64,000 nt of DNA from Octopus sinensis. Taxonomy: Eukaryota. Both the position numbers and the translations under genes were made by a program. The stretch lies in assembly GCF_006345805.1 (NCBI RefSeq), contig NC_043011.1:13466464-13530463 (forward strand). Direction: 5' to 3'. The first letter of the stretch is position 1. Every line of letters begins with the position of its first letter. Below are positions 1-12,500 of this stretch, one piece after another. The notes beneath the pieces were generated by a model. That model searched no databases. It was not told where the DNA came from and worked only from the letters and a program-made list of their open reading frames with translations.

Positions 1-1109
1 CTGCTGTCATTATTGACTGTTTGGCTATTCAAATACTCAAACAAAAAACAAAAACCATCTTGATATGTGAAGGACACAGATTGTTAAAACAGATCAACAC
101 AGTCCATCTTACCTATATGTTAAATGATCTATAAACACTATCTCTCACACTTAGTTCAAACACAACAGCACATATACACACATAAATAACTGTAGCATTA
201 ATAACTTCTTTAGTCTGATACAATGCACCAGGGTGTGTACTACTAGGGTTAATTGTCATAATCATTTTAAGTCCACCTTCCATGCTGGTATGAAGGCTTG
301 TCATGGTCTGAATCCTTTCTCATTTGTACTCAGGCATTCATGCACGATAATATTACACACCCACTGGAGCATGCTAACTTTATTTTTTGGCTCACCATTC
401 ATTACCTATTTTTTTTTACACACTGTTAGAAGTGCTAAGTCAAAACACAATTCTTTGTGGTTAATCAACAGTAAAATATGGAATTTATTAAAACCATCAC
501 TAACATCTACTTTTTAGTTTGACTTCAGACGTTTTAAAACACAGAATTTTTAGAAAAGATTTGGAATCAAGATCACCTTATAATTTTGTTTCATTTTGAC
601 TAAACATAAAGACTCTACATTTTAATGCTTTTGTTATCATATTTCTATTAAAACACTCTTTGTTCAATTTATGTTGAAAATAATAAAGAATTTAGTAAAA
701 TAAAATGTTATCATTAAGTTAGTGTTTGGAACATAAATAAACATTAAATTTTGATGGAAGGTTTTAAAGCAAAATGTTTGTGTTATAGAACTCAAGAGTG
801 GTGGCCTTGGGCAGGTTGACATCAAAAGGGTTAAGAGAGAATTGATCAATGTGATGTTTTTACTTTTCTTAAGAGCAATAGTTGTATGGATAAAGTGAAG
901 TGTGAAAAGTTTACCTCTTACTTTTTGCCATGTACATGTAATCGCTGCAGTATTAATAGCTGTAAGCTAATCAGACACACAGCAAAAGAAGGAAAGATAA
1001 AGTGACTGAATGGTTCTGTCAACAACACAACTGCACTACCAGAGTAGACAGTTAAAATTCTTGCAAAGATTTTGAGGATATTTGCAACTACTGTTTGATA
1101 TAAATCTCT

Positions 1110-1342
1110 TATTTCTTTATTGTCCACAAGGGGCTAAACATAGAGGGAACAAACAAGGACAGACAAAGGGATTAAGTCGAATACATCGACCCCAGTGCAC
1201 AACTGGTACTTAATTTATTGACCCCGTAAGGATGAAAGGCAAAGTCGACCTCGGCGGAATTTGAACTCAGAACATAATGGCAGACGAAATACCGCTAAGC
1301 ATTTCGCCCGGCATGCTAACGTTTCTGCCAGCTCACCGCCTT
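1110..1342 (-). mobile_element. tRNA-derived SINE, family B (octopus OR-like)
   Basis: Reverse complement of aaggcggtgagctggcagaaacg...gagttcaaattccgccgaggtcgac...aaagaaat. Further copies at about 6130-6532, 10900-11060, 18830-19070, 22150-22395, 24545-24670 and 57945-58176. Confidence 0.85.
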
Positions 1343-1467
1343 GATATATATCTCTTAGTATAGCCAAGAAGAAAGAGAAATTTGCCAAGTAGATTGTTCC
1401 TCTGGTGCTTATATTAGAGAAGGAATTAATGGAATACATGAGAGTTTTAGGTTGAGGGTTTTCTTTA

Positions 1468-1754
1468 CCAGTGCCGCCTTGACTGGCTTCCATGCCGGTG
1501 GCATGTAAAAAGCACCAACCGATCGTGGCCGTTGCCAGCCTCACCTGGCACCTGTGCCGGTGGCACGTAAAAAGCACCCACTACACTCATGGAGTGGTTG
1601 ACATTAGGAAGGGCATCCAGCTGTAGAAACACTGCCAGATCAGACTGGAGCCTGGTGCAGCCTCCTGGCTTCCCAGATCTCAGTCGAACCGTCCAACCCA
1701 TGCTAGCATGGAAAATGGACGTTAAACGATGATGATGATGATGATGACGATGAT
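1468..1754 (+). mobile_element. RTE LINE 3'-tail element ending in (GAT)n
   Basis: ggagtggttg..aggaagggcatccagctgtag..ccatgctagcatggaaa..gttaaacgatgatgat. Further copies at 10263-10683 (-), 13010-13250, 19545-19695, 12655-12820 and 21200-21430. Confidence 0.85.
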
Positions 1755-1854
1755 GTTAGCTGCATTTAGAGTTTTCAAAGGAGTAGATTAGTAGTACAAT
1801 AAATTACTATCTTTTAAGCTATAAAATTATTGCAGTATAACCTTGTAGCCTTAC

Positions 1855-2007
1855 CTGCACTAAAGTTTTGATGCTTTGTATTACATATTTTCCTTTAGCA
1901 GTTTCAGATGACAACATAACACAATCAATGCCATCTAAGACAGAATTAGCGACATCTCCTGCTTCAGCACGGGTAGGTCGAGGATGTATGGTCATACTCT
2001 CCAGCAT
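1855..2007 (-). CDS. PKM: PK-like exon 8 ([51 protein letters not shown])
   Basis: Acceptor tttaacctacAG, donor GTAAGG, 153 nt. Confidence 0.96.
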
Positions 2008-4134
2008 CTGTAGGTTAAAGAAAATCAACATTTATTACAGAATCACACAATAGCTATTCATTAACTGTTATCTTCAAGTGTTAGGCAGAAGAATTGACAG
2101 TAGCATTGTAGACAAAGTCGAATAGACAGTAGTGTTGTAGGGATCTTTTCGGTTTGAACAGCAGTTTTTTCTAGCGGTGTCTTATGAAATTGTCACCCAT
2201 AATTATGACCCTAAAATTGATCTATTGCATTTCAATCTGCTTTAGGGTTAGGGTTGGTTAGGGTTAGGGTTAGGGGTGGCGGGAAGGGTATCTTTTTTCT
2301 TCACAAATGTAAATAAACCCAATCTGTTTCTTAAACGAGGGACATATTCATACGGCACAGAATATTGTTTACCTCAATGGACGTCAGTGATTGGTTGAAA
2401 TTGCAGAAATTGAAGAAAAAAACAACAACAAATATCTTACTAACTATAGAATTTTCTCAATAAAGCCAAGAAAAAAAGATGTTTTATAAACACATTCTAC
2501 CAGTATACGAAGTTTAAAAGTGTTTAGTTACGTGGAAATTATGTTAAAAACTGCCGTTCAAACCGTAAAGATCCGTGTTGTAGACAAAGCCATGAAGGAT
2601 ATGAAGATGGGGAAAGTCCCCCAGCCCCTCAGGAATAACCACTGAGATGCTTAAGATGTCTGGCAGTGTGGGTTATAATCTAGTTACCTGTATAGTTAAT
2701 CAGGTGGTACACAAATGAGTCATACCCAATAACTGCGGTAACAGCACCATAGTCAACTGCTACAAAGGTAAAGATGATACTTTAGATAGAACTAATTACA
2801 GAGGTAACAAATTGTTGGATCAGGTGATGAAAGTCATGGAGAGGGTCATAGCCCAACTAATTAGGGAGAGAGTTAGTCTAGATGAGCTGCAGTTTGGTTC
2901 TGTGCCAGGGAGAAGCACCATTGATGCTGTATTTCTTGTAAGGAAGCTGCAGGAAAGTACTTAGCCAAAAATAAATCTCTGTACTTGACTTTTGTTAACA
3001 TGGAGAAAGCCTTTGACAGGGTCTCCTGATCTCTTATCTGATGGTCAATGCAGAAACTAGGGATAGATGAGAGGTTTGTGAGAGCTGTACAAGTCATGTA
3101 CAGAGATGCAGTCAGTAAGATGAGGCAATAGCGATGAATTCAGGGTATAAGTAGGAGTTCATCAAGAATCAGTCCTCAGCCCCCTGTTGTTCATCATGGT
3201 CCTCCAGGCAATAACAGAAGAATTTAAGAAGGGTTGCACCTGGGAGTTCCTTTATGCTGATGACCTTGTTCTTAGAGCTGAATCACTACGAGAACTAAAG
3301 AAGTAATTTCAGGTGTGGAAGCAAGATCTAGAATCAAAGGGTCTTAGAGTTAACCTAGCAAAAACCAAAGTCTTAGTAAGTAGGAAAGCAGACAAATCAC
3401 AAATCCCTTTATTTAGATGGATGGCCCTACCTGATCTATAGGAAAGGCATAGGTAGAAATTCCATAAGATATACCCAGTGCAAGCTATGGACACATAAGA
3501 GGTGCAGCAATATCAGAGGAAGGTTAACTGGGAAAATAGTTTTTGTGTGTGGAAGGTGCACAGGTACAATAAACACTAAAAATGTATAGAAAATAGACCC
3601 CATCAAATGTCAGGTGGGTAACCTAGAGGTAGTTGATAGCTTCTGTTATCTAGGTGACCAAGTCAGTAGTGGGGGGGGGATGCTTTGAGAGTGTAGCTGA
3701 GAGAATAAGAATAGGCTGGGCAAAGTTCAGAGAGCTCCTGCCTCTGTTGGCAACAAAGGGCCTCTGCAAAGGCAGACTGTATGATACCTGCATGTGAACA
3801 GCTATGCTACATGGCAGTGAAACATGAGCTGTGACTACCGAGGACATGCATTGGCTTGAAAGAAATGAAGTTAGCATGCTTCGCAGGATGTGCAATGTCA
3901 GTGTGTGTGTGTGACAGAGTGTCTTGAGGAAAATGTGGGCATCAGATGTGACATGCAAGAGAGATGACTGCTCTGATATGTGTATGGATGAGGACAGCTG
4001 TGTAAAGAAGTGCCAAACTCTAACTGTGGAGGGAACCTGTGGTAGAGGAAGACCCAGGAAGACATGGGAAGAGGTGGTGAAGCATTGCTTCACAGAGGCA
4101 ATGACAGATCAAAACTTATATATAATATATATAT

Positions 4135-4197
<63 letters not shown>

Positions 4198-7100
4198 TAT
4201 TATATATTATATAAATATATATATTATATATACATATACATTATATACTATTGAAAAGGTTACAAGAAGCAACAAAAACTTCAGAAAAAATAAGTAAATG
4301 AGTGGAAAGTGAACCAGTGAGTGTGTTAAATAATAAGGCACTAAAAGAGAACGACTCTCCCCAGTCACAATAAAATATGCTTCAACACACAAACTCACAT
4401 AAAGAATCTTGCAAACTAAATAAAGATACATATATATTTGGAGCTGTTCTTCAAATTCAAGATGGCTGGACATCATTGGGAAAGATCCCCAGAGGCTGAA
4501 CATCACCTTGGAGGATGCAGAAGGGCTGCCACACTACCACCAGCAATAGAGACGAGTGGTGAATCTAGTTGGCTATACACATAATGACATCTTTGGGATC
4601 ACTAATCTGGGATGACCCAATTTCCATGAAGCAAGTGCATGAAAGAAGCAAGCAAGTATAGAAGTTTTAGTAGCACAAAGCTTGATTGCTGCTGTCATAA
4701 GTATGCATGGATAGTGGTATAAATACATAATTATAAAATATTATCAGAAATATATTATCATACAGTGAAATGATTGAAGTAAATTCATAGATCTACAGAC
4801 CTGGCTTGCACATGTAACAGATTTTCCGGCAATGTTAGCAAGACCAGTGATCATTTTCTGAGCTTTGAACAACTTTTCAGGTTTTATGCTAATGCCAAGA
4901 TTGCCTCGAGATATAATGATTCCATCTGATACAGAGATGATATCATTGATACTGGAAAACAGAAGGAAAAAAATTAGAACTTTAGTTTAACAAAAAATAA
5001 AATTGAAAAATGCTGTTAAAAGCTATAATCAACAGTGATAAAGTGTACTGACTTATAGATGAGATTTCAATTTTGACATGAATAAAATAATAGAAAGAAA
5101 AGAACAAATGTCACAGATATAAAAATGAACATAGTATTCTAGAGATCTACCAGTGATACATTCATGCATACATGTTTGCATATGGGCATGTGGTGAAGAA
5201 GTTTGCTTTAGAACCTTGTGTCACCAACACCCACCTACCCATTATACACTTCCCAACACACACACATACCCCACTATACTTCTATATTCACATATCTTTA
5301 TACCAACGTATATGTGAGTGTGTGTGCTTATATACATATATGTGACTGCGTGTGTATCATTCGCGATTTTTTTTCCTCCGTCTTCCCTTTCTTGGATCTT
5401 TCCTTTTCCTATGTTTCTGACTAAGAGCTCCACTTGAAACGTTAAACCCTCTTTCTTTCTTCCCTTTCCTGTGCGTCCAATAACACTATACTTGTTCCAC
5501 GTCCTCACATTGTTGTGTTTTCTCTTTGTGTTTTTGTGTTTGGATTAGCTATATATATAATAGATCAGGATTCAAGTGAATCAGGCACTTAAATGGTAAG
5601 GCACTGTGTTGGGTCAAAAACAGAGGAATACATATATGCAGGTACTTAAGTACAGGCAGAAAGATATTCAGGTTATGTATACAATTAACTGACTGAGTAT
5701 ATCAATAGCCCTGAGGCTAATCAAGAAACGCACATTGTAATAAATATATGGTCCATAATATGCTTCAGATCATAGTGGATTCATACTAGTTTTTGTAAGA
5801 ACTCAATTGTAACTCACAACTTGGAATAATGATCGTCAAGTTGGTCACTTTTCTGAATGATAGTATCTGGGTTACATATAAAAGCTGTATCTGAGTTGGT
5901 GAGTCCATAGCTAGTCTGTTGTCCTTGTAAGCAGGTTTGCTATTCATCAGTTGTCCTGCTGTCTCTCACTGTTTGGTCAAATACAGGCCATATCTGACCT
6001 GCAGTCCGTTACTTTTATGTCTGCAGTGAAATGGTCAGTAAGATGACCTACTATTCTGGACTACATCTAGTTGCCTCTTTCAGTCTGGGCTGCATGCTTA
6101 ACAACCACTGCAATCAATGCCAATTATCTATTTCTTTATTGCCCAAAGGAGGCTAAACATAGAGAGGACAAACAAGGACAGACAAAGCGATTAATTTGAT
6201 TACATCGGCCCCAGTGCCTAACTGGTACTTATTTAATTGACCCTGAAGGGATGAAAGGCAAAGTCGACCTCGGTGGAATTTGAACTCAGAACGTAACGGC
6301 AGCCGAAATACCTATTTCTTTACTACCCACAAGGGACTAAACACAGAGAGGACAAACAAGGACAGACAAACGGATTAAGTCGATTACATTGACCCCAGTG
6401 CGTAACTAGTACTTAATTTATCGACCCTGTAAGGATGAAAGGCAAAGTCGACCTCGGCGGAATTTGAACTCAGAACGTAATGGCAGCCGAAATACCGCTA
6501 GGCATTCCGACCAGCGTGCTAACGTTTCTGCCATGCCTTCTCTACTAATTCCATGCACATCCAGAATAGTTTACTTGACTGGTACCTTAATTCATTTACA
6601 AGAACAGACTGTGATCATCAAACACAAATCTAACAGTAAATACTCTCCTCTACTAAACATAGCTATCTCATGTTAAACCACACAATATATATGTTAGAGA
6701 AATTATTAAACACTTTACTAGCATAATCTGTTGTGTCTGGGGAGAGTCATTCTCTTTTAGTGCCTTATTATTTAACACACTCACTGGTAAAATTTCCACT
6801 TACTTTTTTATTTTTTATTTTCTAAAATTTTCATTGCGTGTTGCAATAAATAGTCAAGACTATTGAAAAGGTTGCAACACGCAACGAAAATTTTAGAAAA
6901 TAAAAAATAAGAAATAAGTGGAAATTTTACCGGTGAGTGTGTTAAATAATAAGGCACTAAAAGAGAATGACTCTCCCCGGACACAACAGAATATGCTTCA
7001 ACACACGAACTCATATAAAGAATCTTGCAAACCAAATCCAAAAACTAAATTACTAGCATAAGTTTGCTCAAAATTTTCCCCCCAAAATGCAACACACCCA

Positions 7101-10100
7101 GTTCAGTCATCTTTGGTCCAAAATATGTCTGTCATAAACTATAATGAATTTTAAACTTAACAAAAACAACAAATATCCAAGTTAATGAGAGAATGTCTAT
7201 ACAGTTGCTCAGTCTGGTAGAAATAACAGCCAAAAACCCTTCATATTACACTCAACCCTCTTAAATATCACAGTTATTGTAGTCATACATAGCTTCAAAA
7301 GCCATGTTGGCTGCAGTTGGAATACCTTTGATGGATCTTTTCGGTTTGAACGGCAGTTTTTTCTAGTGGTGTCATATGAAATTGTCACCCATAATTATGA
7401 CCCTAGTATAATTATTGCATTGTCACCCATAATTATGACCCTAGTCTAATTATTGCATTTCAATCTGTTTTAGGGTTATGGTTGGGGGGAAGGGTATCTT
7501 TTTTCTTCACAAATGTAAATAAACCTAATCTGTTTCTTAAACGAGGGACATATTCATACGGCACAGAATGTTTTTTTACCTCAATGGACGTCAGTGATTG
7601 GTTGAAATTGCAGAAATTGAAGAAAAAAACAACAACAAATATCTTACTAACTATAGAATTTTCTCAATAAAGCCAAGAGAAAAAGATGTTTTATAAACAC
7701 ATTCTACCAGTATACGAAGTTTAAAATTTTTTAGTTGTCTAGAAATTATGTTAAAAACTACCGTTCAAACCGAAAAGATCCCCTTGATCACATTTGCTCC
7801 TTCAGTAATTCTTTCATTTGGACTTTATGTTAAAAGAGATCACAATCCACCCTTATTCTAGCTTATCATACCCCTACCTATGTATTTCTATTTATTACTA
7901 ACAACCTCTGTTTACAAATAACAACAATCACAATAGACCCCTTTCATCAGTTCTGGAAAAAAAAAAGGGAGACCACATACTTCTTTACTCCTTTGTAGTT
8001 TTCAATTTTTGATATAATCTTTATAGATTTTCCTCTCTCTCTAAGAAAATCTCGTGCTAATTCGACAACTTTTCGATCACTAACGAGCGACATAAACACC
8101 ATGTCTACCTGGAAAGCAAAAGACAAAAACAAACATATTACAATCAACATGTGCATCCTAACATAAGATTAGTGGGTTCTGAGAAAAATTCTGGAATTGT
8201 AAGAGTAAGGTGGTCTATAAAATTTAACAAAATTTATAAAAAAATAAAATGTTATGGATCATTTTCAAAATAATAAGTTACTATATATAATTTTTTTTTA
8301 AATGAAGAAATACTTTTCCGAGCGAGGTTGTCCATAAAATAAGGGTTCAGTGAGTTTTAGAAAATTGTATAAGGGTTGGTTCCATGGCAAAATACATTTG
8401 ATAACCATTGATTTAGGACATCAGTAAGAATGTTTTGTCAAGTTGTTTTACAGAAATCAAAGCCTGGCATACTATGAAAAGTGAAATAATTTTCATTGTG
8501 AATTACAACAGGGACAATATGTTTCCTTCTTAGTGTAAACATGTGCAGGACACTATGTCATATAGTAAGTTTACACTATATATATATCATGACTTGTGAA
8601 CAAGTTGTTATTCATAGGTTTCACTGAGACAGCGGCAGGTATTTAGAAGGAAAATTTGACACTTGCTGACGATACACCGAAGAGGCCAGGGAACAGAAGA
8701 AAGAAGACACGCACCCAACACCAGAGCTGAAGACACCTCCAAAAGGTGGGGCCCCGCCACATCAAAACGGTAGAGAAGTAGGGGCCGAAACCGGACGTGG
8801 TTCCTCCTGATGATGTCTTGAGCTAACTGGCTCCTATAAAGGAGCTGTTGTGGTAACAGACCACGAAACACGGTTGTAATTTATATAGTGAACTTTATTT
8901 AACAGTACTGGTTTCTAGCCAATGTTTACATTTTTCACTGATATATATTGAAACAGAAAAAAACATACACTACTGCATAACATAAAAATACATAGGTGCA
9001 CAATACACACACAATGGATTTCTGCAGTCTCCTTCTACCAAAGGGGTTTTGGTAGAAAACACTTAGCCAAGGTGTTGTGTTATGGAAATGAACTGGGGTT
9101 AATGTGGTTGTGAGGCTTTATTGCTGGGGACATAAAGCTTTCTCTGAACAAACAGATGGCATAGAAGTAAGTATGTAAATATACTGGACATTACTATCTT
9201 GAGTCTCAGGAGTCACAGTGCTGGTTACTGGAGCAATTTGAAATGAAGCGTTTTATGCAAGAATATAACACACCACTCAGTCTGGGAAATGAAACAGTGA
9301 TCTTGCAGTCATGAGTGCAACACCCTAACCACTAGGCCATGAGCCTTCACGTAAACAAATAAACATAAAGATCTGAAAACCATGTGATTGGGAAGCAAAC
9401 TTTTGACCAGACAATCAAGCATTGGAAATCTTTACAATTTTCTTTCAGTTTTCTACGTTTTGGTACATACAAGTAAGAATGATTCACTGAGCTCTAATAA
9501 TGCCAAATTATATCCAGGGTGGTCACCTCTCCACTGCATGTCACAGGACAATTTTTTAATTGGATTACGTTGTATCCCTTACATTTCTGTTTTGACTGGA
9601 ATAACTTTTCTTTCTTATTTAATTAATTAAAAATTATTTTAGCTCATTAACATTATGGTATGTATTCTTTTTCAAGACACAATCAGATTTATTTAATATC
9701 CAAAAATATAGATAAAAATACAAAAAGAGGAACAAGGAAAGGAAAAGAAAGAAAAATGAAAGAAAAAAGAAAAGTGAAAGGGAAAAAACACATCAATTTA
9801 ACACCGCGTGTCTTAAGTGGTTGCACACGACAAGGTTCAATGGAACCTACTGAAGCAAGCCAACACACTCATGACATTACCACAGGCGATGGAGAGGCTA
9901 AGGCATTGGAACAGCCAAACACCCTCACAGGCATCACCTGACACCTTGGTAAGGCGAGCTGCCAACAATGACAAGAATTTCACCATTAGTAGCTCAGTTC
10001 CCCCTAATGTCTCAAACGCCACCAGCTGGAAGAAATGGTTCACTGACAGGTACCAATACTTAAGGATTTTGTTCAATTCAGCTATGGAAACAGTGACCCT

Positions 10101-12077
10101 CCCATTTAGCACAGCATCTAGAAGAGTCACAGACTGTGGTGTCCCAGATGAGGCTCCTACTTCTTACCCAGGGACAAAAGATAAGACTATCTGGTCTCTT
10201 CCCATCACTTCTGGATAATCCAGCTGGCTCCAGGGCTTGCTTAATAATTAAGTTTAGTTCGGTGTCATCATCATCATCATTTAACGTCCGCTTTCCATGC
10301 TAGCATGGGTTGGATGATTTGACTGAAGTCTGGCGAACCAGACTCCAATCTGATCTGGCAGAGTTTCTACAGCTGGATGCCCTTCCTAACGCCAACAACT
10401 CCAAGAATGTAGTGGGTGCTTTTACATGCCACCGGCACGAGGGCCAGTTTGGTGGTACTGGCAATGGCCATGCCCAAATGGTGCTTTTTACGTGCCACCT
10501 GCACAGGAGCCAGTCCAGCGGCACTGGCGACGACCTCGCTCGAATATTTCACATGCCACCGGCACAAGTGCTAGTAAGGTGACGCAGTAACGATCACGCT
10601 CGAATGGTGTGTTTTATGTGCCATCGGTACAAAGGCCAGCTCGTTGCTCTGGCAACGATCTCACTCGTAAGGTCGTTCTGAGCAAAATGACCAGCATTTA
10701 GGTGGCAAGACAGACCATGAAGAAGTGTGGAGTGGAGAGACCTACAACAGTGACACCTCAGTGCCCCACAGACGTCAGCTCCCACTCTGAGTGATGGAGA
10801 TGTGAGCTCATCTTGACTGAGTAGACCACCAATGTTGGCCACAGGCCAGAAGAATGGGAAACAAATAATCCCTTCCATTATAGGCAGAAGGCCTAAAATT
10901 CTGGGAGAGGGAGCTAATTGATACTCAACTGGTACTTATTTTATTGGTCCCAAAAGGAAGAAAGGTAAAGTCAACCGTGGCAGAATTTGAACTCAGAATG
11001 CAAAGACATGAAATGCTGCTAAGCATTTTGCCCAGTATGGTAATGATTCTGCCAGCTCCCCACCTAACAACAACAACAACAATAATAAAATAATCATCAA
11101 GAACAACAACAATATCTAATATAGGCATATGGCCTGAGATTTAGTGGAGGAAGGTAGTTGATCCTATCAACACTAATACTTGACTGGTATTTTCTTTTAT
11201 TAAGGCGGCGAGCTGGCAGAAACGTTAGCATGCCGGGCGAAATGCTTAGCGGTATTTCGTCTGCCGTTACGTTCTGTGTTCAAATTCCGCCGAGGTTGAC
11301 TTTGCCTTTCATCCTTTCGGGGTCGATAAATTAAGTACCAGTTACGCACTGGGGTCGATGTAATCGACTTATCCGTTTGTCTGTCCTTTCTGTGTTTAGC
11401 CCCTTGTGGGTAGTAAAGAAATAGAAATAGGTATTTCGTCTGCTGCTACGTTCTGAGTTCAAATTCCACTGAGGTCGACTTTGCCTTTCATTCTTTTGGG
11501 GTCGATAAAGTTACGCACTGGGGTCGATGTAATCGACTTAATCCGTTTGTCTGTCCTTGTTTGCCCTCTCTGTGTTTAGCCCCTTGTGGGTAGTAAAGAA
11601 ATAGAAATAGGTATTTCGTCTGCTGCTACGTTCTGAGTTCAAATTCCACTGAGGTCGACTTTGCCTTTCATTCTTTTGGGGTCGATAAAGTTACGCACTG
11701 GGGTCGATGTAATCGACTTAATCCGTTTGTCTGTCCTTGTTTGCCCTCTCTGTGTTTAGCCCCTTGTGGGTAGTAAAGAAATAAGTATTTTCTTTTATCA
11801 ATCCGGAAAGATGAAAGGCAAAATTAACAAAATAAAAGGCAATAATAATAGTTTGTGGCAGAAACTGTAACAGCAACAGGAATCAACCTCCCACAAAACT
11901 ACTCCCCCCCCCCTCCAACTCAGTTGACAGATCTTGTTTTGTAAGTTATTTGGTGACCTCTGCTGTTGTTGTGAGCCCACAAACACCTTGTAATCAGAAT
12001 ACACCGGAATGACCATGTTGTAATCTTGGAGTCACAATCAAGGCATGATGGGAATCCACATGAGTAATAATAATAAT

Positions 12078-12108
<31 letters not shown>

Positions 12109-12469
12109 TAGGAATGATAGCGAAAGGGGCTGATTGCTACCTAACGCAGATACCAGGAAACCCCAAAATGGCAGAAATTCAAAAGATAGTGCTCATGGGA
12201 ACTGCCCATATCCTACGCAAAATACTCTCTATGTAATCCCAAGGTTTAAAACAAATTTCTAATTTATTTATTAGACATTCACTAGTACAACACCAACCCC
12301 CACCCCAAATATATGGCACACTAGGCATAACAACAACATGAACTTCCAACCTGTTGTCTCTTGAGGTCTCTGGGTGAGACTTGGAGTCAACTTGTACAGA
12401 CATAAAGCAAAAGTCAAACATAGAATAATAATAATAATAATAACAATAATAATAATAATAATAATAATA

Positions 12470-12500
<31 letters not shown>

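Noticed and set aside
1-1854. Next PK exon (M1/M2-equivalent), including ORFs 113-304 and 918-1127
   Set aside because: No frame resembles I.REAE...F.EL with a usable acceptor; the exon is probably left of the window.
5900-5950. Sense-strand hammerhead relic in PK intron 6 (CTGATGA atagc...gctat GGAC)
   Set aside because: GAAA is mutated and there is no stem III, so it is not expected to cleave the pre-mRNA.
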